Below are positions 13,657 to 25,349 of a DNA stretch of 64,000 nt, one piece after another. Position 1 is the first letter of the stretch, and each line of letters opens with the position of its first letter. The notes under the pieces were generated by a model. That model worked only from the letters and a program-made list of their open reading frames with translations, did not search any database and was not told the DNA's origin. The translations under genes were made by a program, and so were the position numbers. Source of the stretch: Mobula hypostoma. Its lineage: Eukaryota. The DNA lies in assembly GCF_963921235.1 (NCBI RefSeq), contig NC_086097.1:118980001-119044000 (forward strand). Reading direction: 5' to 3'.

Positions 13657-14527
13657 ACGCTCCGATGATAAAGATGTTGGTCCTTTGGGGAAAGTAACAA
13701 ATAAATATATTAAATTTATTTTGAATCCCATGGAGCATGTGGAGACCTTCCAATATCCAGGCAGTCTTTCTTTCTTTCTTTTTTTTCCTTTTCTTTTCTT
13801 TCTTTTAAGTAGGGGTATATATCGGGGGGAAGGGTTAAGGGGAGGTGGGAGGGTAGATATTATTATTCCATGTAATCAAGTTTGAAAACTTAATAAAAAT
13901 TATATTTAAAAAAAGATACTGGATCATTGAGACCTCTTCTGGGGCAGGTGTAACCTGTACAAAAAGGACGGATTATATTTGAATCTGAGGGGGAACAATA
14001 TCCTGGTAGGGAGGTTTGCTAATGCTATTGGGGAAGGTTTAAACTAGATTGCAGCAGAGTTGGAACTGAAGTGAAAAGGCAGAGGCTGGGGCGGTTGATG
14101 CACAAGTAGAGACAGCTTTTACAGAGTTTGTGAGGAAGGATAGGCAGAGAGAGCAAAAATGCACTCAGCCTGATAGTTTGAGATATGTATATTTTAATGC
14201 AAGTAATATCATAAACAAGGCAGATGAGCTTAGAGCATGGATCAATATGTGGAACTATGATGTTGTGGCCATTACAGAGACTTGGATGTCTCAGGGGCAG
14301 GAATGGCTGCTGAATGTGTTAGGTTTTAAATGTTTCTAAAAGGGCAGGGAGGGAGGCAAAAGAAGTGGGGGTGCGGCACTGTTAATCAAGGATAGATTCA
14401 TGGCTGCAGAAAAGGAGGAAGTCATGGAGGGATTGTCTACTGAGTCAGGGTGGACGGAAGTCAGAAAAAGGAAAGGGGCAATAATTCTACTGGGTGTTTT
14501 TAAAATACCCCCCCCCAATAGTAACAG

Positions 14528-15042
14528 TACTCCCTGGAGAGGGTTCAGAGAAGATTCACGAGAACTATTTCAGGAATGAAAGGGTTACTGTATGAGGAAC
14601 GTCTGGCAGCTCTTGGACGGTATTCCCTGGAGTTCAGAAGAATGAGGGAGGATCTCATAGAAATATTCTGAATGTTAAAAGGCCTGAACAAATTAGATAT
14701 GGCAAAGTTATTTCCCATGGTAGGGGATGCTAGGACAAGAGGGCATAAATTCAGGATTGAAGGACGTCCATTTAGAACAGAGATGCGGAGAACTTTACTT
14801 TAGTCAGATGGTGGTAAATCTGTGGAATTTGTTGCCACAGTGGCTGTGGAGGCCAAGTCATTGGGTGTAGTAAAGGCAGAGATAGATAAGTTCTTGATTA
14901 GCCGGAGCATCAAAGGGTATAGGGTGAAGGCAGGGGAGTGGGGATGACTGGAAGAACTGGATCCGCCCATGATTGAATGGCAGAGCAGACTTGATGGGCC
15001 AAATGGACTACTTCTGCTCCTATATCTTATGGCTGTATGGTC
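14528..15042 (+). mobile_element. CR1 3' fragment nested in the host CR1
   Basis: LERVQRRFTR...RTRGH, TATGG-repeat tail; TSD TAACAG at 14522-14527 and 15043-15048. Confidence 0.85.
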
Positions 15043-15550
15043 TAACAGAGACATGGAGGAGTAGATAGGGAGGCAGATTCTGGAATGGTACAATAATAAT
15101 ACGATTGTTGTGATGGGTGATTTTAACTTTCCTAATATTGATTGGCGTCTCATTAGAGCAAGGCGTTTAGAGAGGGTGGAGTTTGATAGGTGTGTTTAAG
15201 GTTTCATGGCACAATATATAGATAAGCCAACTAGAGGAAAGTCTGTATTTGACCTGGTATTGGGAAATTAACCTGGTCAGGTGTCAGATCTCTTGGTGGA
15301 AGAACATTTTGGAGAAAGTGATCACAACTCTATCTCCTTTACCATAGCTGTGGAGAGAGATAGGAGCAGACAATTTGGGAAAACATTTAATTGGGGTAAG
15401 GGGAAATATGATACCATTAGGCAGGAACATCGGAGCATAAATTGGGAACAGATGTTCTCAGGGAAATGACTGGCAGAAATGTGGCAAATGTTCAGGGAAC
15501 ATTTGCATGGTGTTCTGCATAGGCAGTGTGAAACTCTGGGGGGCCTACTC

Positions 15551-16263
15551 ATAGAACATAGTATAGTATAGCACAGTACAAGCCCTTCGGCCCACAATGT
15601 TGTGCCGACCCTCAAACCCTGCCTCCCATATAAGCCCCCACCTTAGATTCCTCCATATACTTGTCTAGTAGTCTCTTAAACTTCACTAGTGTATCTTCCT
15701 CCACCACTGACTCAGGCAGTGCATTACACGCACCAACCATTCTCTGAGTAAAAAACCTTCCTCTAATATCCCCCTTGAACTTCCCACCCCTTACCTTAAA
15801 GCCATGTCCTCTTGTATTGAGTAGTGGTGCCCTGGGGAAAAAACACTGGCTATCCACTCTATCTATTCCTCTTATTATCTTGTACACCTCTATCATGTCT
15901 CCTCTCATCCTCCTTCTCTCCAAAGAGTAAAGCCTTAGCTCCCTTAATCTCTGATCATAATGCATACTTTCTAAACCAGGCAACATTCTGGTAAATCTCC
16001 TCTGTACCCTTTCCAATGCTCCCACATCCTTCCTATAGTGAAGGGACCAGAACTGGACACAGTACTCTAAGTGTGGCCTAACCAGAGTTTTATAGAGCTG
16101 CATCATTACATCGCGACTCTTAAACTCTATCCCTCGACTTATGAAAGCTAACACTCCATAAGCTTTCTTAACTACCCTATCTACCTGGGAGGCAACTTTC
16201 AGGTATCTGTGGACATGTACCCCCAGAACCCTCTGCTGCTCCACGCTACCAAGTATCCTGCCA
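15551..16263 (-). mobile_element. CR1 3' fragment
   Basis: ORF 15612..16244 (LVRPHLEYCVQFWS...TRGHGFK); ATAG-repeat tail at 15551-15575. Confidence 0.9.
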
Positions 16264-16392
16264 TTGCTTAAATGATGTTATGTCATGCTTAAATTTAGAG
16301 AACATTTGCGGTTCAATTTCTGAACATAGACAAGATTTTATATCATTGTGGGGACCTTTTATGAATTATTTTCAAAATCTTTGATTTGCTAT

Positions 16393-17245
16393 TGTGACGA
16401 GAATACACATAAAATTAAGATGTTTGCTGGCCTGGGTTAGCATCAGTGACATCAGCAAGTGGTCTGCCACCTGCCCTCAGGGGAAGGAGAGATAAGGAAC
16501 AATGGAGCAGCGTCTGGAGATGTGTAATGAAGGGACGGGGGAGAGAGAGCTGTCTGGAGCGGCTCCCCCTTTGAACCCTGAACTGTTTGAAGTGGTGGAC
16601 AGGCGATGCCCCAGCAGGGGGATAAAAAGGGACAGGTTCGCTAAGGCAGCACACACGCCAACCGAGGTAACGAGACCCTGGAAGCAGTGCGCCTCTCACG
16701 AGTGGGTGAGAAGTACCAGACAACGACCAGGGTGGAAAGGTACGATCAGCTGGAACCCGGTGTGTGTCCGCCCTTGCCTGGGTGCCGGGTTCACTGCAGA
16801 GGATCGACCGCATTTGGAGGAGGGGTCACAGTCGGTGACCTCAGGTGACATCACCAAGGACCCGCCCAAAAGTTGCTTGTGAGCAATCTCGCCGGTCTGT
16901 GAGTGAAGCAGTGTTCTGAATGATCAGTCGTTCCAGTTCTATCTCTCTCTTCCCCCACGTTGTCCATCGCCATGGCAACGATTACTGCGAACTGAACTGG
17001 ACTGAACTTTGAGTCATTTTGAAATTTGGTCATTTAACCCTAGACAACGATAGAGCTTGATTGATGCTGTTATCTTAATTCTGTGCACATGTGTGTTTAT
17101 CATCGCTGAACTGTTGCATTTATTATCCTTTCGATTACTGTGTTGCTTGTTTCTTTAATAAAACTTTCTTAGTTCTAGTACTCCAAACTCCAACTGAGTG
17201 ATCCATTTCTGCTGGTTTGGCAACCCAGTTACGGGGTACTTAACA
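16393..17245 (+). mobile_element. Solo LTR of a Gypsy family related to the 17954-23010 element
   Basis: TG...CA ends, 4-bp TSD CTAT on both sides, AATAAA at ~17157, 3' end nearly identical to the neighbouring LTRs. Confidence 0.92.
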
Positions 17246-17953
17246 CTATTAAGCACAGATGTTGGCTAACAATATGTTTTATTATATGATAAGGATTTTT
17301 CCTTTTCGTTTTTTTTAACCAAACAGCTGTTTTTTTTCCCTGGTAGTGGGTTTAGATTTCTTTTTGTCTAGTAAAATTATTTTTTTTCAATATTATGTTT
17401 AAATTTAATGTACATGAATATAGGGTAATGAGACTATATTTGTGATTCCAATATATTGTAATTGATTTATATTATATATCCTGCTGTACTCTGTATTCTT
17501 TTATGTAATAAATCAATGAAAATATTGAAAAAGAAAAGACTCTCGGGGGGCGGGAAGGTGAGAGTGTGTGTGGTCAACAGCCTGACCCTGCATTTTTAAT
17601 GACGAGCGCTGTTTATTGTTCTTGTGTTAAATGTTTTTATGGGATTATGGTGGGAAGTTCCAATTCATTTATTGTTACATTTTAGCTTGGGTTGTACAGT
17701 TATTCACTTGCGTATTTGTGGGTCACCCTTACTGTAACCGGGGTGTGTGATGGTCATCTCCCCTGTCGGTTTGAGACTGGTTGGGTTCACTCTCTGGGTT
17801 ATAGTGCCCAGTCTGTTTTGTGTTTATCACAATAAAATAGTTGTGGAGTTCAATGAGCTTCCTCATCAGTCATTATGTACCAAAAGTTCACCACAATATG
17901 TTCGATTGAGGCAGAGAAAGGATGGTAGGGTAAAAGAATCATGGTGTACAAAG

Positions 17954-18870
17954 TGTGACGAAAGAGGGTTACAAAAGTACTCATAGACTAAGATGTTAAC
18001 TGTCCTGGGCTAGCACCAGTGGGATCAACAGTTGATCTGCCACCCGTCTTCAGGAGAGAGAGATAAGTAAGACAATGGAGCAGCATTTGGAAATGTTAAT
18101 GAAGAGACGAGAGAGTTTAACGGAAGGAGACACCGGTCTGAGTATTGTCAAGACCGGCTCCTTTTGAACCCTGAACTGTTTGAAGTGTGATGGACAGGCG
18201 ATACCCCAGCAGGGGGATAAAAAGGGGCAGGTTCGCTAAGACACAGACACACGACTCCACGAAGTAACGAGACCCTGAAAGCGGTGTGCCCCCCCCACTA
18301 GTTGGTGAGAGTTGTTGGAGGTCTGGTCGCGGGCCCAGCCATAGACGCACAGGGTAGAAAGGTACGGATCGGCGGGAACCTGGTGTGTGTGTCCACCCTT
18401 GCCTGGGTGCTGGGTTCACCGCAGAAGAACAATCGGATCTGGAACGAAGGGATCACAGTCGGTGACCTCAGAAGACATTACCAAGGACTCGCCCGAAAGC
18501 TAACTGCGAGGAATGTCGAAGGTCTGTGTGGAATCCGTTTTGAATATTCATTCGCTTTCGCTCTCTCTCCTTTTCCCCGCCCAATGGCACAACAGTGATT
18601 ACTGCGAACTGAACTGAACTCAATTGAACTGAACTTTGCGTCACTTGAAACTGGTCATTTAGCTCTCGACTGCGATAGAGCTTGATTGATCCTATTATCC
18701 TAGTTCTGTGTACATGTGTGTTTATTCATTGCTGAACTGTTGCATTTATTATCCTTGTGATTAGAGTACTGTGTTGCTTATTTCTTTAATAAAACTTTCT
18801 TAGTTCCAGTAATCCAGACTAAGTGGTCCATTTCTGCTGGTTTGGCAACCCAGTTACGGGGTACGTAACA
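17954..18870 (+). repeat. 5' LTR
   Basis: TGTGACG...CGTAACA; direct repeat of 22088-23010 with a few percent differences by eye. Confidence 0.95.
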
Positions 18871-18874
18871 TAAC

Positions 18875-18893
18875 TGGGGTTCTCGTCCGTGAT
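18875..18893 (+). promoter_or_regulatory. Primer-binding site, tRNA-Pro-like
   Basis: TGGGGTTCTCGTCCGTGAT versus canonical tRNA-Pro PBS TGGGGGCTCGTCCGGGAT, 4 nt after the LTR. Confidence 0.75.
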
Positions 18894-18969
18894 TTTGAAC
18901 GCTAAATATGGGATGGGGTAAATTAATTGGGTTAAAATTCCCGAAAGAAAGAAAAGGCAAACAGCAGAA

Positions 18970-21900
18970 ATGGAGATTGAGGAATTTCTAAAGGAGCCGA
19001 CCTTGGAGGCATTAGAGGATGCGAGGAAAGCGGAATTGGCAGTGTGGCCAAACGGTTGAATCTTGTTAAGGGGAAGTCGACAATGAGGAGAGAGGAGATA
19101 CACAGAGCTATCGTAGAGCACTATGTATCTAAAGGTGTGTTTCCCCAAGGGGAGCTGGAGGTGGTATCTATGGGAAAACCTGGTGGAGACGCAGTACAGG
19201 TGCAGATTGAAAAACTGAGACTCGAGCACGAGTTCCGGGTACGGCAGCTAGAACACGAAGAGAAGCAGTTAGAACGGCAGGAGAGAGAGAGACAGTTAGA
19301 ATGGCAAGAGAGAGAGAGGGACAAACAGTTGGAGCGAGAAGAGAGGCAGAGGGAAAGGGTATTCGAGCTGGAGAGGTTAAAGATGATGGCAGAGCAGGAG
19401 CCCATGCCGAACCAAGGTGGAGGGTTCAGGGCGACCCAGCAGGTTAGGCTGGTTCCCCCATTTGACGATACTGATGTGGATCAGTACTTTCTCCATTTCG
19501 AAAAAGTTGCTGCAAGTCAGGACTGGCCGAGGGATAAGTGGGCTGTTTTGCTTCAGAGTGTACTAAAAGGGAAAGCCCAACAAGCTTACTCCGCTTTGTC
19601 CGCAGAAGATGCCCAGAGGTATGAGGTGGTGAAAGAGGCCCGTCCTCAGGATTTATGAGTTGGTCCTGGAGGCATACCGGCAGAGGTTCCGGAATGCGAG
19701 GAAGCAGTGGGACCGCATGTATTTAGAGTTTGCCCGTGAGAAGCAGACATATTGTGAGCATTGGTGCACCTCGAAGGGGGTAGATGGGGATTATGACAGA
19801 CTGCTACAGCTGATCCTGATTGAGCAGTTTAAAGGTTGTGTCCCTGAAGGTATGAGACCCTACCTAGATGAGAAAGAGGCAGCCACGTTAGCTGCAACTG
19901 CTAAGTTAGCGGATGAGTATGCGTTGACGCATAAAATGAAGTTTGCCCCGAGTAAAGGCTACCAGAAGGGTAGTCAGGACGGCGGGGAGAGTCCGCCGGA
20001 AAAGTCAGAAAATAAGCCGGGGACTAGTGAGAAGGATAAGGTAGACCGGGAGCAGTCTGGTAGGAAGTCTCCTGGGGTCGTCTGTTATAATTGTGGGAAA
20101 GTTGGACACTTTGCGTCCGGGTGCTTTGCCCCAAAGAAGGAGACGGCAAAAGGAAAGGCGGCGTTTCCGACTGGCTGTATTGAGCTGGTAAACGTACCGC
20201 TAGGAGAGGAAAGGTCTGCCAAAGTTCAGGAAGGTCACGAGAGGTTTATCTCGGCCGGATTGGTGTCGGTGAAGGAAGGGTTAAACCCAGTTCCAGTACG
20301 GATCTGGAGAGACACGGGAGCGTGTTAGTCATTGATATTGAAGAGTGTGTTAGAGTTTAGTTCAGAGACCCAGACTGGGGAGGTCAGGGTCAAAGGTATT
20401 GGGGAATGGACAGAAGCAGTACCCTTGCACCAGATACACCTACAAAGCAACTTGGTCTCTGGACTAGTCACGATCGGGGTGAGGCCCGAATTACCGATGA
20501 AAGGTGTGAAAGTCTTGCTCGGTAATGACCTCGCTGGGGGAATTGTTTTCTCGGCAGTGAGGTTGACAGGTCAGCCTGGCAGCATTGAGGCCCCGCCCAT
20601 GGACTCACAGGTTCATCCTGTTTGCGCAGTGACTCGCTATATGTCCAGAGAGACTGCTGAGACGTTTCTACCAGCCTTGTACGAGGAGGGGGTAGAAAGT
20701 GAAAAGAAGGAGCGTAATGAAACAGGAGGAAGTGGGGAAATTAAGGTAGATTTATCATTAGAAAAGAAGGACTTTATACAGGCACAGGAGCGAGACGAGG
20801 AAACAGCTCTCTCTGAAGCAGGATTAAAAAGAGAGCCAGTAGGCTATTGTGTGGAGGAGGGAGTACTAAGGAAGAAAGGGAGACCAGGTACCGTACCCGC
20901 AGATGAGGAATGGGGGATGTTGCCAAAAATTTATGCGGATGAGATTCTTAACTTGGCCCACAAGATACCCCTCGGTGGACATTTTGGGGGGAGGGAAACA
21001 GTCGGCAGAATCATGGAAGAGTTTTACTGGCTGAACAGGAAGAAGGATGTTATTGACTATTGCAGACGTGAGTTAACACAGTTAGAGGCTATTAACATGT
21101 TAAAAGCCCACCACAGTCAGAGAACAGATCTAGCTGGTGATATCATGAAAATTAATGAGGCTAAGGTGCCACCTGATAAGGGGAGGACCGATTTTGAAAA
21201 GATAGGTGTGGTGCCGACCAGATGGGAGATGTCTATTGTGTTGACCCGTTTTGCTGATAAGGTCTCTCACCTAACGCCCGAACAAAGCGGGCCATTGATA
21301 AAGCTAATTAACCGGCATGCGCACGTAGGTCTAGATGTCCCGAGGCGATGCAAACAGCTGGGACATGGGGCTGTTGTCACATCAGGTCAGCCTAGTGAGC
21401 AACAGCCCTATAGAATGATTAATTCAGTGACAAACAGGCTAAGGAACACAGAAGTGAATATTGGCGATGTAGTGGTCTGGAGTAACACATGGGAGGAGCT
21501 GTTCAAAAAGCTGTTTGAAGCTAGCCTGACAGTGAACTTCGCAAAGAGTGAATTCAGCCACGAAAAAGTCACTTATCTGGGATTTGTGGTAGGACAGGGG
21601 CAGCTGGCTCCGATGCAAGCTAAGGTGTGGGCTATCGCTGAAGTCCCCACCCCGACAGACAAGAGAGCCCTGAGAAGGTTCTTGGAGATGGTGGGGTACT
21701 ATTGGAAGTTTTGCAGAAAAAAAACAACTTTGCGGATATTACCCACCCTCTTACAAAGCCCTTGCCAAAGAATGCTAAATTGGTATGGGACGACCCTTGT
21801 TATCTGTGTCTGGGGCAAAAACCACTGAGAAGTGACACTGATCACAATTCATTAGTGTTTACGGCCACTATGAAGTCTGCTAAGTTGGAGCCTGGTTTGA

Positions 21901-21970
21901 GAGGATTATTAAAATAACACATATAAAAGGAACAGAAAATGTGATTGCTGACTGTCTGTCAAGGTGTTGA
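18970..21970 (+). pseudogene. gag-pol remnant: SCAN-like capsid, zinc knuckle, protease, truncated integrase, RT and RNase H
   Basis: ATG 18970; YFLHFEK...LKGKAQ; EAYRQRFR...LILIEQF; CYNCGKVGHFASGC; RDTGA; LLGND; AHKIPLGGHFG; INMLK; YLGFVVG; TDHN; NVIADCLSR. Confidence 0.9.
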
Positions 21971-22075
21971 CAACTTAAAATTCGCTGTATTAGCCAAATA
22001 GCTGATGAAGATGTATATTTGTGTGGATCTAATAATGTATTCATGCTTATAATTCTTACCCCAGTAAAAATCCTT

Positions 22076-22087
22076 AAAGGGGAGGGG
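22076..22087 (+). promoter_or_regulatory. Polypurine tract
   Basis: AAAGGGGAGGGG immediately before the 3' LTR. Confidence 0.9.
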
Positions 22088-23010
22088 TGTGACGAAAGAG
22101 GGTTACAAAAGTACACATAGACTAAGGTGTTAACTGTCCTGGGCTAGCACCAGTGGGAACAACAGTTGATCTGCCACCTGTCTTCAGGAGAGAGAGATAA
22201 GTAAGACAATGGAGCAGCATTTGGAAATGTTAATGAAGAGACGAGAGAGTTTAACGGAAGGAGACACCGGTCTGAGTATTGTCAAGATCGGCTCCTTTTG
22301 AACCCTGAACTGTTTGAAGTATGATGGACAGGCGATACCCCAGCAGGGGGATAAAAAGGGGCAGGTTCACTAAGACACAGACACACGACTCCACAAGGCA
22401 ACGAGACCCTGAAAGCGGTGTGCCCCCCCCCCCACTAGTTGGTGGGAGTTGTTGGAGGTCTGGTCGCGGGGCCAGCCATAGATGCACCGGGTAGAAAGGT
22501 ACGGATCGGCGGGAACCTGGTGTGTGTGTCCACCCTTGCCTGGGTGCCGGGTTCACCGCAGAACGATCGTATCTGGAATGGAGGGGTCACAGTTGGTGAC
22601 CTCAGAAGACATTACCAAGGACTCGCCCGAAAGCTAACTGCGAGGAATATCGAAGGTCTGTGTGGAATCCGTTTTGAATATTCATTCGCTTTCGCTCTCT
22701 CTCCTTTTCCCCACCCAACGGCACAACAGTGATTACCGCGAACTGAACTGAACTCAATTGAACTGAACTTTGCGTCACTTGAAACTGGTCATTTACCCCT
22801 AGACTGCGATAGAGCTTGATTGATCCTATTATCCTAGTTCTGTGTACATGTGTGTTTATTCATTGCTGAACTGTTGCATTTATTATCCTTGTGATTAGAG
22901 TACTGTGTTGCTTATTTCTTTAATAAAACTTTCTTAGTTCCAGTAATCCAGACTCCAACTAAATGGTCCATTTCTGCTGGTTTGGCAACCCAGTTATGAG
23001 GTACGTAACA
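22088..23010 (+). repeat. 3' LTR
   Basis: Direct repeat of the 5' LTR, followed by TSD AAAG. Confidence 0.95.
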
Positions 23011-25349
23011 AAAGGATGTGGAGAATCTAGTAAAGAAGAAAAGAAAAGCTTATGAAAGGTTCAAGAAACTAGGTACTAATAGAGTTCCAGACAACTGCAA
23101 GTTTGCTAGGAAGGAGATGAAGAATGAAATTTGGGAGAGATAGAAGGGGCCATGAGCAGGCCTTGGTGAGCAGGAATAAGGAAAGCCCCAGGCGTTTCTA
23201 CAAGTGTGTGAAGAGCACAAGGATGAGCCAATGAGAATAGGATCAATCAGCTGCAATAGTGGAAGCGTATACTTGGAGTCAGAGGAGGTAGCGGAGGTAC
23301 TTAATAAATACTTTGCTTCAGTATTCAACAAGGAAAAGGACCTTGCCAATTGAGGGGATGACTTACAGTGGACTGAAATGCATGAGCATATAGACGTTAA
23401 GAAAAAGGATGTACTGGAGCTTTTCAACAGCATTAAGTTAGGTAAGTCACTGGGATATGGTGAGGTATAACCCAGTCTACTGTGTGAAACAAGGGAGGAG
23501 ATTTCTGAGCCTCTGGCGATGATCTTTGCATCATCAGTAGGGACAGAAGAAGAACCAGAGGATTGGAAGGTCGCAGATGCTGTTTCCTTGTTCGAGAAAG
23601 GCAGTAGAGATGACCCAGGAAATTATAGACCAGTGAGCTGACTTCAGTGGTGGGCAAGTTGTTGGAGAAGATCCTGAGAGGCAGGATTTATGAACATTTG
23701 GAGAGGCATAGTCTGATTAGGGATAGTCAGCATGGCTTTGTCAAGGGTAGGTTGTGCCTTACGAGCTTGATTGAATTCTTTGAGGAAGTAACAAAACACA
23801 TTGATGAAGGTAGAGCAGTGGGTGTAGTGTATATGGGTTTCAGTAAGGCATTTGATAAGGTTCCCCATGCAAGTCTCATTCTGAAAGTAATGAGGCATGG
23901 GATCCAATGAGACCTTGCTTTGTGGATCCAGAATTGGCTTGCCCACAGAAGGCAAAGGGTGGTTGTAGATGTTTCATATTCTGCATGGAGGTCGGTGACC
24001 AGTGGTGTTCCTCAGGGATCTATTCTGGGACCCTTACTCTTTATGATTTTTATTAATGACCTGGATGAAGATGTAGAAGGTTTCCTGATGACTCAAAGGT
24101 TGCGGGTGTTGTGGGTAGTCTGGAGGATCATCAGATGTGACATTGATAGAAGACATTGTTAAGATGCAGAACTGGGCTGAGAAGTAGCAGATGGAGTTCA
24201 AACCAGATAAGTATGAAGTGGTTCATTTTGGGAGGTCAAATTTAAAGACAGAATATTGTGTTAATGATAAGACTCTTGGCAACGTGGAGAGATCTTGGGG
24301 TCCATATCCAAAGCGGCTGTGCAGGTTGACAGTGTTAATAGGAAGGTGTATGATGTATTGGCATTCATGAATCATGGGATTGAGTTCAATAGCCTTGTGG
24401 TAAGCTTATGGTAATGTTACAGCTATATAAGATCTTGGTCAGGCCCCACTTGAAGTACTATGTTCAGTTCTGGTCACTTCACTACAGGAAGGATGTAGAA
24501 ATTATAGGAAGAGTGTGGAGAAGATTTACAAGGATGTTGCCTGGATTTGAGCACACGCCTTATGAGAATAGGTGGAGTGAACTTGGCCTTATTTCCTTTG
24601 AGCAACAGACGATGAGAGGTGACCTGATAGAGGTTTATAAGATGATGAGGGGCATTCATTGCGTGGATAGCCAGAGGCTTTACCCCAGGGCTGAAAGGGT
24701 TAACATGAGGAGGCATAGTTTTAAGATGCTTGGAAATGGGGGGGGGGGGATGTCAGAGGTAGGTTTTTCACACGGAGAGTAGTGAGTGCATGAAATGCAC
24801 TGCCAGTGAAGGTGGTAGAGGTGGATACAATAGAGTTTTTTAAGAGACTCTTAGATAGGTACATGGAGATTAGAAAAACAGAGGGCTATGCGGTGGGGTA
24901 ATTCTAGGCAGTTTCTAGGGTAGGTTACATGGTCAGCACAACATCATGGGCTGAAGGGCCTGTAATGTGCTGTAGATTTTTATGCTCTATGAGTGTTTTC
25001 AGAAACATTTTAGTTTGCTACATTCTCCAATGTCCCTCCGCAACTCCAAATGAAAAGATACTTGGTTTAAATCCAACTGAACAAATCCCACTGGCCACCA
25101 CCACACTACTCTCAACCTTCTGCAGTTGATTCACTCTCTCCCAAGCATTCCCTTCTTTTGTAGACAGTTTTCCAGTGAAAATGTACCAAAATACAAATCC
25201 TTTCACAGATATAAATGGTTTCCATCATTCAATACAGATAGTTATCGAAAGCGGGTTGGTTCTAGAGATGAAGAAAGCCATAGACAGAGTTTTAAAAGCG
25301 TCCCTGCATACCTCCTCTATTCTCCTTTCTGACCCAGAAGGCTAGAGCG

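Larger units (their letters stand above)
8128..13913 (+). mobile_element. Full-length L1/Tx1-clade LINE (~5.8 kb)
   Basis: Perfect 16-bp TSD AGATACTGGATCATTG at 8112-8127 and 13914-13929; AATAAA at 13892 then an A-tail; ORF1 and ORF2 present. Confidence 0.95.
15545..17538 (+). mobile_element. 5'-truncated L1/Tx1 3' end
   Basis: ORF2 C-terminus LNDVMSCLNLE...LWGPFMNYFQN at 16267-16380, T-rich 3' UTR, AATAAA and A-rich tail; TSD-like ACTCTGGGGGGC (15533-15544) and ACTCTCGGGGGGC (17539-17551). Confidence 0.7.
15527..17895 (+). mobile_element. Putative solo-LTR-like element (own sequence 15527-15544 and 17539-17895), interrupted by an L1 fragment
   Basis: Begins TGTGAAACT, ends AGTTCACCACA, AATAAA at ~17831; sits between the collinear host CR1 sequences CTGCATAGG and ATATGTTCG; TSD not clear. 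Confidence 0.5.
17954..23010 (+). mobile_element. Gmr1-like Ty3/Gypsy LTR retrotransposon, internally deleted (non-autonomous)
   Basis: LTRs 17954-18870 and 22088-23010, TSD AAAG (17950-17953 and 23011-23014), PBS, PPT, and gag-PR-IN-RT-RH remnants. Confidence 0.95.
7620..24992 (+). mobile_element. Host CR1 LINE (ORF1 SGNH esterase plus ORF2 APE-RT), in pieces 7620-8127, 13930-14527, 15049-15523, 17896-17953, 23015-24992
   Basis: ORF1 IGDS motif (~7765) and DGLYLN (~13970); endonuclease VAITETW (14130 ORF) and ESDHN (15281 ORF); RT QHGFVKGR...[19 protein letters not shown]1 tail ending at ~24990; pieces are collinear once the inserts are removed. Confidence 0.85.

Noticed and set aside
18117..18598. 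Duplicated ~100-aa ORFs (again at 22251..22732)
   Set aside because: They lie inside the two LTRs, so the duplication is explained by LTR identity.
19044..20328. Host SCAN-domain or zinc-finger gene
   Set aside because: It lies between LTRs with PBS and PPT and is frameshifted; it is retrotransposon gag.
16393..23010. A single three-LTR or tandem retrotransposon
   Set aside because: The first LTR has its own TSD (CTAT), is a diverged subfamily, and is separated from the second by L1, LTR-like and CR1 sequence.
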